The notes under the pieces are model-generated. The model was given only the letters and a program-made list of their open reading frames with translations. It had not been told where the DNA came from and made no database searches. Shown here one piece after another: positions 9,017-17,152 of a DNA stretch of 64,000 nt. The stretch comes from an uncultured Candidatus Saccharibacteria bacterium (GTDB lineage Bacteria; Patescibacteriota; UBA1384; DTJR01): positions 123,740 to 187,739 of the forward strand of contig CAZAOT010000002.1 in the NCBI GenBank assembly GCA_964487045.1, written 5' to 3'. Position 1 is the first letter of the stretch, and each line of letters starts with the position of its first letter. Both the position numbers and the translations under genes were made by a program.

Positions 9017-10264
9017 TTATGGTAAAAAGTTTTTGAAGATATCTTTAACTTTTCCTAATGCCCCTCCTACTCCATCAAAGTTAAAACTCATCTTGCCCTT
9101 ATTAGACACGTTTGTGTTTGATTCGTCAAGTCCCCACAACATCAGTCCAACAGCGGTAGCGTAACTCGGATCATCGATCTTGTCAATAAGACCCGAAACC
9201 TCGTAAACTGGCTTACCTTCCTGTACAGGTAGGCCAAGAGTCTTTTTAGTAAATGGTACTATTCCTTTTATCAGTGAGCCTCCGCCAACCAAAACTGCAC
9301 CAGCCGGAAGCATCTCATCCCGCTCAATATCTGATAATTCTTGTTTAATACTGGAAAGAATTTCGTTCATCCTTGCTTCGGCAATCTCACAAACATATTG
9401 CCTAGATGGTCTTTCTTTCTCATGTTTTTCATATTTACCCAGATCGATCTTTTCACTTTCTTTAACATTCTGAAGATCAAGATCAATTGCATCAACCTTA
9501 ATATGCTCCGCTGCTTCAAGCGAAATCTTGAGTCCAATAGCAATATCGTTGGTGATATGATTTGAGCCTATCGGAATCACTTTTGAATGAATCAGTGAAC
9601 CTTCTTCAAAAACCGCGATGGATGTTGCCGAGGCGCCCATATCTATTAGCACCACGCCCATCTCCATTTGTCTTTTATTTAGAAATGCTTTGCTTGCAGC
9701 GAGTGGCGAAAAAACAATTCCTTGAATTTCCATACCGGATTGGACTATAGACTTGGTTAAATTTTTAATAGCAAGCATCGCCACGCCGACAATATGCGCG
9801 TTGACCTCAAGTCTTATTCCCGACATCCCGGTCGGATCCTTTATCCCCGACTGGCCATCGACCGCATAGTATTTAGCGATAGTATGTAAAATTTCATAAT
9901 TTGGAGGAAGAGCTACTGACTGGGCTGCTTCTAATACCCGATCAATATCAGTTGAGGTAATCTCGCCATCAGCACGACTAATAGCAACTACACCCTTTGA
10001 ATCAACCGATACCACCTGATTTCCGCCAATACAGGCATAACAGCTTCCAACGGCATACCCGCTTGAGCGCTCAGCTTCTTCGATCGCTGCGGATATAGAA
10101 CTTACCGTCTCCTCAATATCGACAACTGTTCCTCGGCGCATACCAGAGTTATTGGCTTTACCAACGCCGACTACCTGAATCATGCCTTCTTGTATTTGAC
10201 CTATAAGAACAACTGTTTTTGTCGTACCGATATCAACTGCAGCTATCGAATTTCCCTCTTTCAT
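9017..10264 (-). CDS. ftsA: cell division protein FtsA
   Basis: Actin-like ATPase start AVDIGTTKTVVLIG; 415 aa, immediately upstream of ftsZ. Confidence 0.9.
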   Translation of the reverse strand: MKEGNSIAAVDIGTTKTVVLIGQIQEGMIQVVGVGKANNSGMRRGTVVDIEETVSSISAAIEEAERSSGYAVGSCYACIGGNQVVSVDSKGVVAISRADGEITSTDIDRVLEAAQSVALPPNYEILHTIAKYYAVDGQSGIKDPTGMSGIRLEVNAHIVGVAMLAIKNLTKSIVQSGMEIQGIVFSPLAASKAFLNKRQMEMGVVLIDMGASATSIAVFEEGSLIHSKVIPIGSNHITNDIAIGLKISLEAAEHIKVDAIDLDLQNVKESEKIDLGKYEKHEKERPSRQYVCEIAEARMNEILSSIKQELSDIERDEMLPAGAVLVGGGSLIKGIVPFTKKTLGLPVQEGKPVYEVSGLIDKIDDPSYATAVGLMLWGLDESNTNVSNKGKMSFNFDGVGGALGKVKDIFKNFLP

Positions 10265-10279
10265 TTCCCTCCCTAAACC

Positions 10280-10642
10280 CTATTTATGATGAATGCCGAG
10301 CAAATGATCTATGCCATGGCATAATATAAAATCAAACTCATCTTCAACAGACTTGCCTGATTCTTTTGCGTTTAACTTGATTATATCACAGCTCAAGAAA
10401 ATCGTACCATATAGTCTTTCCTTGCTTGGAAATTCTGCGCCAGGAAAACTTAGAACATCAGTTGGCGCATCGATTTTTCTAAACTTCTTATTAATCTCGT
10501 GAATTCTAGCTTTTGATACAACCTCTACCTCGACGATTCCACTTGGAGCTTTTCTTTGCTTGAGATGATTTTCAGCAACCTTAATAATATGATGACTTGG
10601 CGGATTCTTTAACCGACTTTTGACCAAAACTTGGTATGACAT
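10280..10642 (-). CDS. ybeY: rRNA maturation endoribonuclease YbeY
   Basis: Metal-binding motif CHGIDHLLGIHH (HxxxHxxGxxH); 120 aa. Confidence 0.8.
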   Translation of the reverse strand: MSYQVLVKSRLKNPPSHHIIKVAENHLKQRKAPSGIVEVEVVSKARIHEINKKFRKIDAPTDVLSFPGAEFPSKERLYGTIFLSCDIIKLNAKESGKSVEDEFDFILCHGIDHLLGIHHK

Positions 10643-10740
10643 TAGTTTACCCCGTTAGAGTCGGTCTTCGACACCAATTCAGGGTTTACAGAATCCGATT
10701 TAATTTTTGTTGACATAATAGTAGTGATTTAATCCGAGAG

Positions 10741-11187
10741 TTAGTTTGCCTCTAACGGGGCGAGGACCTTTTTAACGATCGCCGAGACAAGTCCGCCATC
10801 AGCCTGACCCTTAAGCCGAATCATTGATTCTTTCATGACAGCGCCAAAAGACTTGTCGTCAAGCGAGCCTGCAACTTCTCGAACGATTTTTTCGATCTCT
10901 TCTTCACTCATTTCAGCCGGAAGCATCGATTTAATCTCATTTATTTCAAAATCTATCTTCTCGACTAAGTCGGCTCTTCCGGCAGCATCATATTCACTTC
11001 TAGCTTGTTGACGCTGCTTAAGTTCAATCTTTAAAGTAGCCATTTCATCAGACGAGGTAAGCTCACCTTTCTCTTTTTCCTTAGTTAGAAGAGCTGCTTT
11101 TAGGGTTTGCAAAAGAACCCTTCTTTGTTCATTGCCAGATTTGTATTCTTTAATTATTTCCTGCGTTAGATCATCGATCTTGCTCAT
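10741..11187 (-). CDS. yqeY: GatB/YqeY domain protein
   Basis: 148 aa with YqeY-like composition and pattern; in the conserved position downstream of rpsU. Confidence 0.75.
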   Translation of the reverse strand: MSKIDDLTQEIIKEYKSGNEQRRVLLQTLKAALLTKEKEKGELTSSDEMATLKIELKQRQQARSEYDAAGRADLVEKIDFEINEIKSMLPAEMSEEEIEKIVREVAGSLDDKSFGAVMKESMIRLKGQADGGLVSAIVKKVLAPLEAN

Positions 11188-11412
11188 ATTTACCCCGTTA
11201 GAGACTGCTCAATTTACGAGCGCTCATTAAGTTAGTTAAGGTATTTTGTAGATTATTCGTCATATTATTTTAGGGTTTGTAATTGTCTCTAACGGGGCGA
11301 GCCCCATTTTTAAAATATTGAAAAAGTATCCTGGCTGTATCTTGTCAAATAATACAACACTAGGATTATTGCAATTGCGATTAGAACAGAAAGAAAAATC
11401 TTCAAAAAGAGA

Positions 11413-11592
11413 TTACCACCCTCGGCGGTATTCGTTTTTGACTGATTTTCGTTTTGCGATTTCTCTTCTTTTTCTTCGATTGGGTTCTTTTTCACGATAT
11501 CTTCTTTTTTTAGCTTCGCTCAAAACCCCAGATAACTGCACTTCCCGAAAGAATTTTCTGACGACTACTTCGGGATTCTCACTTCTTGCCAA
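11413..11592 (-). CDS. rpsU: 30S ribosomal protein S21
   Basis: Translation ...ENPEVVVRKFFREVQLSGVLSEAKKRRYREKEPNRRKRREIAKRK matches the S21 pattern (EvxVrenE..alrrFkr...gvl.e.k.r.yEKPs.rRKrk). The likely start is a TTG preceded by AGGGGTGA; the ORF-track ORF 11413..11655 is over-extended. Confidence 0.7.
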   Translation of the reverse strand: MARSENPEVVVRKFFREVQLSGVLSEAKKRRYREKEPNRRKRREIAKRKSVKNEYRRGW

Positions 11593-11658
11593 TTTATATT
11601 CACCCCTTTCAAAAATTTCTCCACTAAATCTACCACAAAATAGCCTGGTTATCAAGGA

Positions 11659-12651
11659 TTATTGTGTGACGGCGGTTTGTGCCGAAGGTGCGGTAGGTTT
11701 GATCTCGGTATGATAGTTAATACCATATGAGTCTATTGTTGGAGTGGATGCTCCATCGGTATTAGAAAGAGTTGCTTTAATTTGAAGATACCGATAACGA
11801 GTGGGGTTATTAGAATCATCGCCAGCCCTAGAAGTAACTGACCCAATTGATCCTACCCATGCCGTCCAATCTGTTCCATTGGCCGAGGTTCTGTATTGAT
11901 ATGTTGCTGAAGTATTCGCCGGAACGGTTTGAGTAATAGTGTTAGAATCCCAGCTCCAAAAGCTTTCTCCACCGTCGATTTGGGTGCTACCTGTGGTGTG
12001 GATACCGATGGGCTTACCATAGACATACATTTCATTAATATATGTTCTATCAGAATCTCGCAATCCAAAATCTCCAGTAGGATCAGAATTGCTAGTATTA
12101 ACGATTGATATTTTAAGATATCTATAGTTACCGGTAGCAGTTAATTCAACACAACTATGTTCAACATTACAAAATGGACCACTAATAATATTTAGCAAAC
12201 CCAAACTAGTGAAATCTGTATTATTGTTGCTTCCAGAAATAGTTATGCTAGGCTCACAAACCATACAATAATTATCCGCACTATAATGAACGTTAAATTT
12301 TGTTTCTTGCTGGGCTTCGCTCAAATCAACCACCCACGAACCCGTGGCAGCCGGTCCAGTTGCTCCAATCCACTTAGTCGAAGTATTATCATCATTAGCA
12401 TTTGAATCAGTAGAAGATTTTCCTATCAAGCTAATAATTTGATCCGACAAATCTTGCTTTATTGATCCCGAAGTAGATGTATCTATCGAAATAAGTGTTC
12501 CGGCTGCCCAGTCTGCATCTGTATTTATAGTAATGCTCGAATCTGCCGTAATCGCCTTGGGTGGCATATTTTTATTTATAAATAAGTAAACAACAAAACC
12601 TAATAGTATTACAGAAGCAAATATCAGAAATAGTAGATATATTTTTCGCAT
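11659..12651 (-). CDS. membrane-anchored secreted protein (hypothetical), Ser/Thr/Asn-rich
   Basis: N-terminal TM anchor; the rest is a hydrophilic beta-rich extracellular region, possibly a carbohydrate-binding-like fold. Confidence 0.45.
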   Translation of the reverse strand: MRKIYLLFLIFASVILLGFVVYLFINKNMPPKAITADSSITINTDADWAAGTLISIDTSTSGSIKQDLSDQIISLIGKSSTDSNANDDNTSTKWIGATGPAATGSWVVDLSEAQQETKFNVHYSADNYCMVCEPSITISGSNNNTDFTSLGLLNIISGPFCNVEHSCVELTATGNYRYLKISIVNTSNSDPTGDFGLRDSDRTYINEMYVYGKPIGIHTTGSTQIDGGESFWSWDSNTITQTVPANTSATYQYRTSANGTDWTAWVGSIGSVTSRAGDDSNNPTRYRYLQIKATLSNTDGASTPTIDSYGINYHTEIKPTAPSAQTAVTQ

Positions 12652-12698
12652 TTATTAATAATTATACTCCAAAATAATCAATTGTTTATAAAGTTAAT

Positions 12699-12716
12699 GG
12701 GGGCCTAACGGCCCCC
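12699..12716 (-). terminator. GC hairpin GGGGGCC-taac-GGCCCCC downstream of the signal peptidase gene
   Basis: 7-bp perfect stem at the left edge of high-GC island 2. Confidence 0.4.
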
Positions 12717-13502
12717 TGGAACAATATCACCTACCTTTAGTTCTTTCTTGCCAGACACTAGCGTGAAGCCCTCCAGCTTTCGAAACGGGGGGGCCAAGTC
12801 GTTAGGGTCTTCCTGGCAAGCCAACCCTGCAACCCGGACATGGCCTTTAACGAGCGCCACGTAGTTTTCCCCGATCGACGAGGCCTCGATGATCTCGCCG
12901 TGCTTCGCCCCGCTCGCCTTGACGGCAAGCTCTTTCATTCGCCGCCCTGATTCAGCTGCCCCCTCCCTTGCTGACTGCCGCGGCGAGCGATCAACGTACG
13001 TAGGACTCGGCAAATCCCTGATGGTTCGATACCCCCTGCAGTCATAGACTGCGTCAACAACACCTATAACGTTCACTACAGGAACCCAGCCGTAGCTGGC
13101 GCTTCCGTCCCCAGAATACGCCCCATTATCAGGAGATAGCCAAAGCATCGAACCGTACCTGTCAGCCACTCTTTTGAGCTGCCAATCGAGCCTTCCAGGG
13201 ATTCTAGCGAAGACGATGTCGCCTTCAGCAACATCGTTCCCCTTGGTTATATGAACATAACCCGAAATCCCTGGCCAACCCCTCTGCCATTCGATGGTCG
13301 GAGCCATAGACCTTGACGGCACAAGACGCCAGCCCCCAGCTATGGGTACGAAGACAAGACCAATAAAGCCAACAAGCAAAATACACATCGAAATAGAGAC
13401 TATCTTACCCCAAAGTGTCTGAGGCAGAAATGGCTTCTTCTCTTCCGCCATTTCTGCATTTGGAGCTAGTCGTTCCTGATTCCATGGTGCCATCGTGGCC
13501 AC
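12705..13502 (-). CDS. S26-family signal peptidase I (LepB/TraF-like) with N-terminal TM helix and a C-terminal extension of about 100 aa; high-GC island 2
   Basis: Box B VPSRSMAPTI (catalytic Ser), box C GDIVFA, box D QLKRVADRYG (catalytic Lys), box E GDGSASYGWVPVVNVIGVV. About 58% GC. Confidence 0.6.
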   Translation of the reverse strand: MATMAPWNQERLAPNAEMAEEKKPFLPQTLWGKIVSISMCILLVGFIGLVFVPIAGGWRLVPSRSMAPTIEWQRGWPGISGYVHITKGNDVAEGDIVFARIPGRLDWQLKRVADRYGSMLWLSPDNGAYSGDGSASYGWVPVVNVIGVVDAVYDCRGYRTIRDLPSPTYVDRSPRQSAREGAAESGRRMKELAVKASGAKHGEIIEASSIGENYVALVKGHVRVAGLACQEDPNDLAPPFRKLEGFTLVSGKKELKVGDIVPGGR

Positions 13503-13585
13503 CTCCTCAAAGATCGTTCGCTTGCCCGCTAACGCGGGGTTTTATGAACAACCCGCACAAGCGGGGATTCCCCATCATCTCAATT

Positions 13586-13732
13586 CGATAGCTCCACTAG
13601 GATTATGCATCCTTGTTTCGCTTCGGATATGGATGACGGGGCAAGTGTTCGCGAATCGAGTCCCAGTCATCCCAATCTGATAGCTACACATCGGATTATG
13701 CATCCGCGTTTCGCTTCAGATTGAAAGACGGG
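13586..13732. repeat. two tandem 55-nt direct repeats (period 92 nt) at the right edge of high-GC island 2
   Basis: R1 13586-13640 and R2 13678-13732 share GATAGCT.CAC..GGATTATGCATCC..GTTTCGCTTC.GAT...GACGGG. They are preceded by twin hairpins CCCGC-taac-GCGGGG and CCCGC-acaa-GCGGGG at 13523-13567. Confidence 0.5.
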
Positions 13733-13906
13733 ATGAATAAGCATAGCAGTTTTTTACAGAATTGTCAATCCTGTATGTAGCGCCATACTTAAGTCGGATT
13801 ATAGCAAAATTATTAACATGCAATTATAAGACAAATTTTAATTTTACTAAGATAAAAAATATTAAATAACATTGACATTACCCGAGAGTTTACTACCCAG
13901 CCCTCA

Positions 13907-14131
13907 TCAAGATATATCAAGACGCTTTTTCAAACCTTGCCATGCGCTTCCATATTGTTTCAAGTTCTTTTCACGCAGTATTGCCTGGTCCTGATTGGCA
14001 TAAGTTTCACAATAAATTAGCTCGAAATTATATTTTTTTAGATGTTCTTTAAGCCGTCTTTTTAGATCCGAAGTATAGCCAATGTATAAAGAGCGCATGG
14101 CTCCTCGTCTAAGAATATAAACATAATACAT
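13907..14131 (-). CDS. GIY-YIG nuclease family protein (UPF0213/YhbQ-like, 74 aa)
   Basis: MYYVYILRRGAMRSLYIGYTSDLKRRLKEH is a canonical GIY-YIG N-terminus. Confidence 0.8.
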   Translation of the reverse strand: MYYVYILRRGAMRSLYIGYTSDLKRRLKEHLKKYNFELIYCETYANQDQAILREKNLKQYGSAWQGLKKRLDIS

Positions 14132-14170
14132 AACTCAATTATACAACAGAGGGCTGGGTGCTCCCATTTA

Positions 14171-14199
14171 TTGACATTTTGGCCAAAATATGGTAAAAT
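14171..14199 (+). promoter_or_regulatory. sigma70-type promoter for the RNA-binding protein gene
   Basis: -35 TTGACA (14171-14176), 17-nt spacer, TG-extended -10 TGGTAAAAT (-10 at 14194-14199), then a roughly 145-nt 5' UTR. Confidence 0.5.
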
Positions 14200-14347
14200 G
14201 GTCGCAGTTTGAAGACTCGTTAGGTGAATAGCCCGAGGTATTCAAACGGGTCGAAAAGTAACCCCAGTAGCACAGCATAGCTGGCTACGGGGCAAGGATC
14301 TAAGGAAGCCCAATAAAGCGCGCAAGCAATTTAAAGGGTCAATAGAG

Positions 14348-14614
14348 ATGGAAGAACAAAAAAATAGGTTATACATCGGAAACTTGCCATACCAAACCAC
14401 TGCCGAAGAGCTCAAAGCTCATTTCGAGCAGATCGGTGAAGTTACCGACTCAGTAGTCATTACTGACAAGATGTCAGGAAGATCAAAGGGTTTCGGTTTC
14501 GTCACTATGGCTACCGATGAATTAGCCGAAAAAGCTGTTGCCGAACTTGATGGCAAAGAGCTAGGTGGAAGACCAATCAAGGTCAACATCGCTCGAGCAC
14601 CAAGAGAAAGATAA
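14348..14614 (+). CDS. RRM-type RNA-binding protein
   Basis: RNP-2 LYIGNL and RNP-1 KGFGFVTM; 88 aa. Confidence 0.85.
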   Translation: MEEQKNRLYIGNLPYQTTAEELKAHFEQIGEVTDSVVITDKMSGRSKGFGFVTMATDELAEKAVAELDGKELGGRPIKVNIARAPRER

Positions 14615-14625
14615 CAATAGCAACT

Positions 14626-14653
14626 AAAAAAGGGTCCGCAAGGATCCTTTTTT
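14626..14653. terminator. bidirectional rho-independent terminator between the RRM gene and cysS
   Basis: AAAAAGGGTCC-gcaa-GGATCCTTTTTT. Confidence 0.7.
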
Positions 14654-14670
14654 AGCTAGTTTTAAAAAAT

Positions 14671-16092
14671 CTATTTCTTAGATAGGGTTTGTCCGTCTGG
14701 ACTATCCTCTACAGCAAACCCTATTTCTAAAATCCTGTCTCTCAGTTCGTCAGATTTTGCCCAATTTTTTTCTTCTCTCGCCTTTTGACGCTCGAGCGCT
14801 AGCTTGAATACATCTTGTGGCACATAACCCTCGATCGTAATCCCCTGCTCAACCTTTATTTCAACTTTTTCAAGTATTGCCAAAACTTCATCAATTTTTT
14901 CAAAATTTTCCGTACTTAGGTTATTTAAATTTTCAAACACAAAAGCGAGTGCCTTTGGAGTATCAAGATCATCAGCTATTGCATCTTCAAACCCTCCAAG
15001 CTCAATCCCCTCACCTTTAGCATTATTATACGCTGAGACTATTTTCTTGCGAGCTGCCTGGGCGCCACCGAGCGAATTCCATGAAAAATCGAGTTTTGAT
15101 CGATAACTCGCAGTTAAGCATAGGTATCTAAAATCTAACGCGCTATAACCTTTTTCCTCCAAATCCTGCAAACGTACAAAATGCCCGGATGACTTAGCCA
15201 TCTTGCGACCATTTTCTAGTAAGTGCTCACTATGAAGCCAATACTTCGCAAGAGGTCTGTCATAAGCTGCTTCAGACTGCGCGATTTCGTTAGTGTGATG
15301 AACTGGGATATGGTCAACTCCCCCAGTATGAATCTCAAATGGCTGACCTAAAAACTTCGTTGCCATCGCCGAACACTCCAGATGCCATCCAGGGAAACCC
15401 ACTCCCCAAGGCGACTCCCATTCCATTTGTCTCTTTTTTATTTTAGATCCCTCGGCAAGATCCTTCGACTCGTCTTCGACTCGCTCAGGACTAGTGGCCT
15501 TCGGCACACTTAGTTTCCAAAGGGCAAAGTCAGTCGGATTTTTCTTTTCCAAATTTTTCTCAATCCTGCTCCCCTCTTCAAGATTTTCGATATCAAGACG
15601 AGCAAGCTTCCCATAATCAGAAAGTTTTGAGGTATCAAAATAAATTCCATCAGATGTTTGATAGGTAAAGCCCTTATCCTCTAGGATCTTTATAAGACTA
15701 ATTTGCTCCTCAATATTTTCAGTAGCTCTTGGCATAATATCGGGAATCAAGATATTTAGCTTCTTGAGATCTTTGATAAATTCTTCCTCATAGAACCTTG
15801 CGATTTCAAAAGCAGACTTACCTTCTCTGCTAGAGCCTTTTTCTATCTTGTCCTCACCCTCATCTTGATCACTAGTAAGATGACCAACATCAGTGACATT
15901 TTGGACATGCTTAACTTTATAGCCAAAGTTCTTTAAGGTTCGCACCAATAGATCGTCAAAGATATATTTGCGCAAGTTTCCAATATGAGCATAATCATAT
16001 ACGGTCAAGCCACAAGAATATATCCGAATAGTGTCACCATCGATCGGCTGAATTTCTTCTTTTTGTCTCGATAAGGTATTGAATATTTTCAC
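14671..16092 (-). CDS. cysS: cysteine--tRNA ligase
   Basis: HIGH motif (YAHIGN), KMSKS-like KMAKSSGHF, and a CGLTVYDY zinc-site region; 473 aa. Confidence 0.9.
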   Translation of the reverse strand: MKIFNTLSRQKEEIQPIDGDTIRIYSCGLTVYDYAHIGNLRKYIFDDLLVRTLKNFGYKVKHVQNVTDVGHLTSDQDEGEDKIEKGSSREGKSAFEIARFYEEEFIKDLKKLNILIPDIMPRATENIEEQISLIKILEDKGFTYQTSDGIYFDTSKLSDYGKLARLDIENLEEGSRIEKNLEKKNPTDFALWKLSVPKATSPERVEDESKDLAEGSKIKKRQMEWESPWGVGFPGWHLECSAMATKFLGQPFEIHTGGVDHIPVHHTNEIAQSEAAYDRPLAKYWLHSEHLLENGRKMAKSSGHFVRLQDLEEKGYSALDFRYLCLTASYRSKLDFSWNSLGGAQAARKKIVSAYNNAKGEGIELGGFEDAIADDLDTPKALAFVFENLNNLSTENFEKIDEVLAILEKVEIKVEQGITIEGYVPQDVFKLALERQKAREEKNWAKSDELRDRILEIGFAVEDSPDGQTLSKK

Positions 16093-16101
16093 TTATAATT
16101 T

Positions 16102-16341
16102 TTATTCTGTTTCCAGGTCGTCGGTTTCAGAATGTTCCTTTGAAGCAACTTCTTCAAGGCTGACATCGCCATCGAGACCCGCATCTTCTGTCAAATCTTT
16201 TTCCTCTTCTTTTTCGGCAAGCTTTTCCACTTCAACATCAAGCGATTCCATTTTTTCATTGCAAACTGGACACATCTCATCATTGCCCTCATGTCCGCAA
16301 ATTGGGCAGAATTTCAAACCCTCTTCAGCTTCTTCTATCAT
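16102..16341 (-). CDS. small zinc-ribbon protein with an acidic C-terminal tail
   Basis: CPICGHEG...CPVCNE (CxxC-x11-CxxC) followed by a Glu/Asp-rich tail. Confidence 0.45.
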   Translation of the reverse strand: MIEEAEEGLKFCPICGHEGNDEMCPVCNEKMESLDVEVEKLAEKEEEKDLTEDAGLDGDVSLEEVASKEHSETDDLETE

Positions 16342-16461
16342 TTTATACTCCTTAATTACTAATTCCTAATATCTAATTTCTAATAAAACTTTCAAGTATT
16401 AAATTTCCAATTGGACATTTGGTATTAGTGTTTTTATTAGTAATTAGTTATTAGATATTTC

Positions 16462-17064
16462 CTACATCTCACCACGGCCTTCGAGCGATCTGGACAATGT
16501 AACTTCGTCTGCGTATTCCAAATCACCGCCAACTGGTAGCCCTCGTGCCAGCCTGGTTAATTTTATATCATAATCTTTGAGTCTATCGGCAATATATACT
16601 GCCGTTGCCTCACCCTCAAGAGAGGGATTGGTGGCAAAGATTATTTCTTCGATTTTATCAGAATTTTCCCTAACGCGCTCGAGCAATTCCCTAACCCTTA
16701 TATCATCAGCAGATATTCCGTTGATTGGCGAGATCGCGCCGCCCAGCACATGGTAGAAACCTTTGAAATTAGCTCGCTCGAGCGCAATTACATCAAGTGG
16801 TTCCTCAACTACACAGATCAATTTCTCATCGCGATCATGGCTAAGACAGATGTCGCAAGGATCAGACTCGCCATAATTAAAACAAACCCCACAAATCTTT
16901 AGATCTTTTTTCAAATCCCCTATCGATTCGCCGATGCTTTCGACAAACTCATCTGGACGAGTAAGAAGATAAAAAACAATTCGCGCCGCAGACTTTGGCC
17001 CTATGCCAGGTAGACGTGAAAACGACTCGATTGCATCTTTAATATTTTTAGGAAGTCTACTCAT
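16462..17064 (-). CDS. recR: recombination protein RecR
   Basis: N-terminal HhH LPGIGPKSAARI, C4 zinc finger CGVCFNYGESDPCDIC, Toprim domain; 200 aa. Confidence 0.9.
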   Translation of the reverse strand: MSRLPKNIKDAIESFSRLPGIGPKSAARIVFYLLTRPDEFVESIGESIGDLKKDLKICGVCFNYGESDPCDICLSHDRDEKLICVVEEPLDVIALERANFKGFYHVLGGAISPINGISADDIRVRELLERVRENSDKIEEIIFATNPSLEGEATAVYIADRLKDYDIKLTRLARGLPVGGDLEYADEVTLSRSLEGRGEM

Positions 17065-17152
17065 TTATATTTCTTAAATTTTAAACCATAAACCAGAATA
17101 CCTAAACCATAAAAAATATTCGAATAACCAACTTATAAATTTTAAGCATTTA

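Noticed and set aside
11310-11495. 61-aa ORF (GTG start) overlapping rpsU, plus other ORF-track entries overlapping strong genes
   Set aside because: It overlaps the S21 coding region out of frame. At most a 31-aa TM peptide downstream of the rpsU stop could be real, and that is not supported well enough to report. Other examples include 6264..6497, 8749..9036, 36105..36296, 36463..36654, 43399..43785 and 44289..44984.
13520-13735. Possible CRISPR array formed by the 55-nt direct repeats
   Set aside because: Only two copies; the 55-nt repeat length is far above the 28-37 nt CRISPR norm; no cas genes in the window; the repeats are imperfect.
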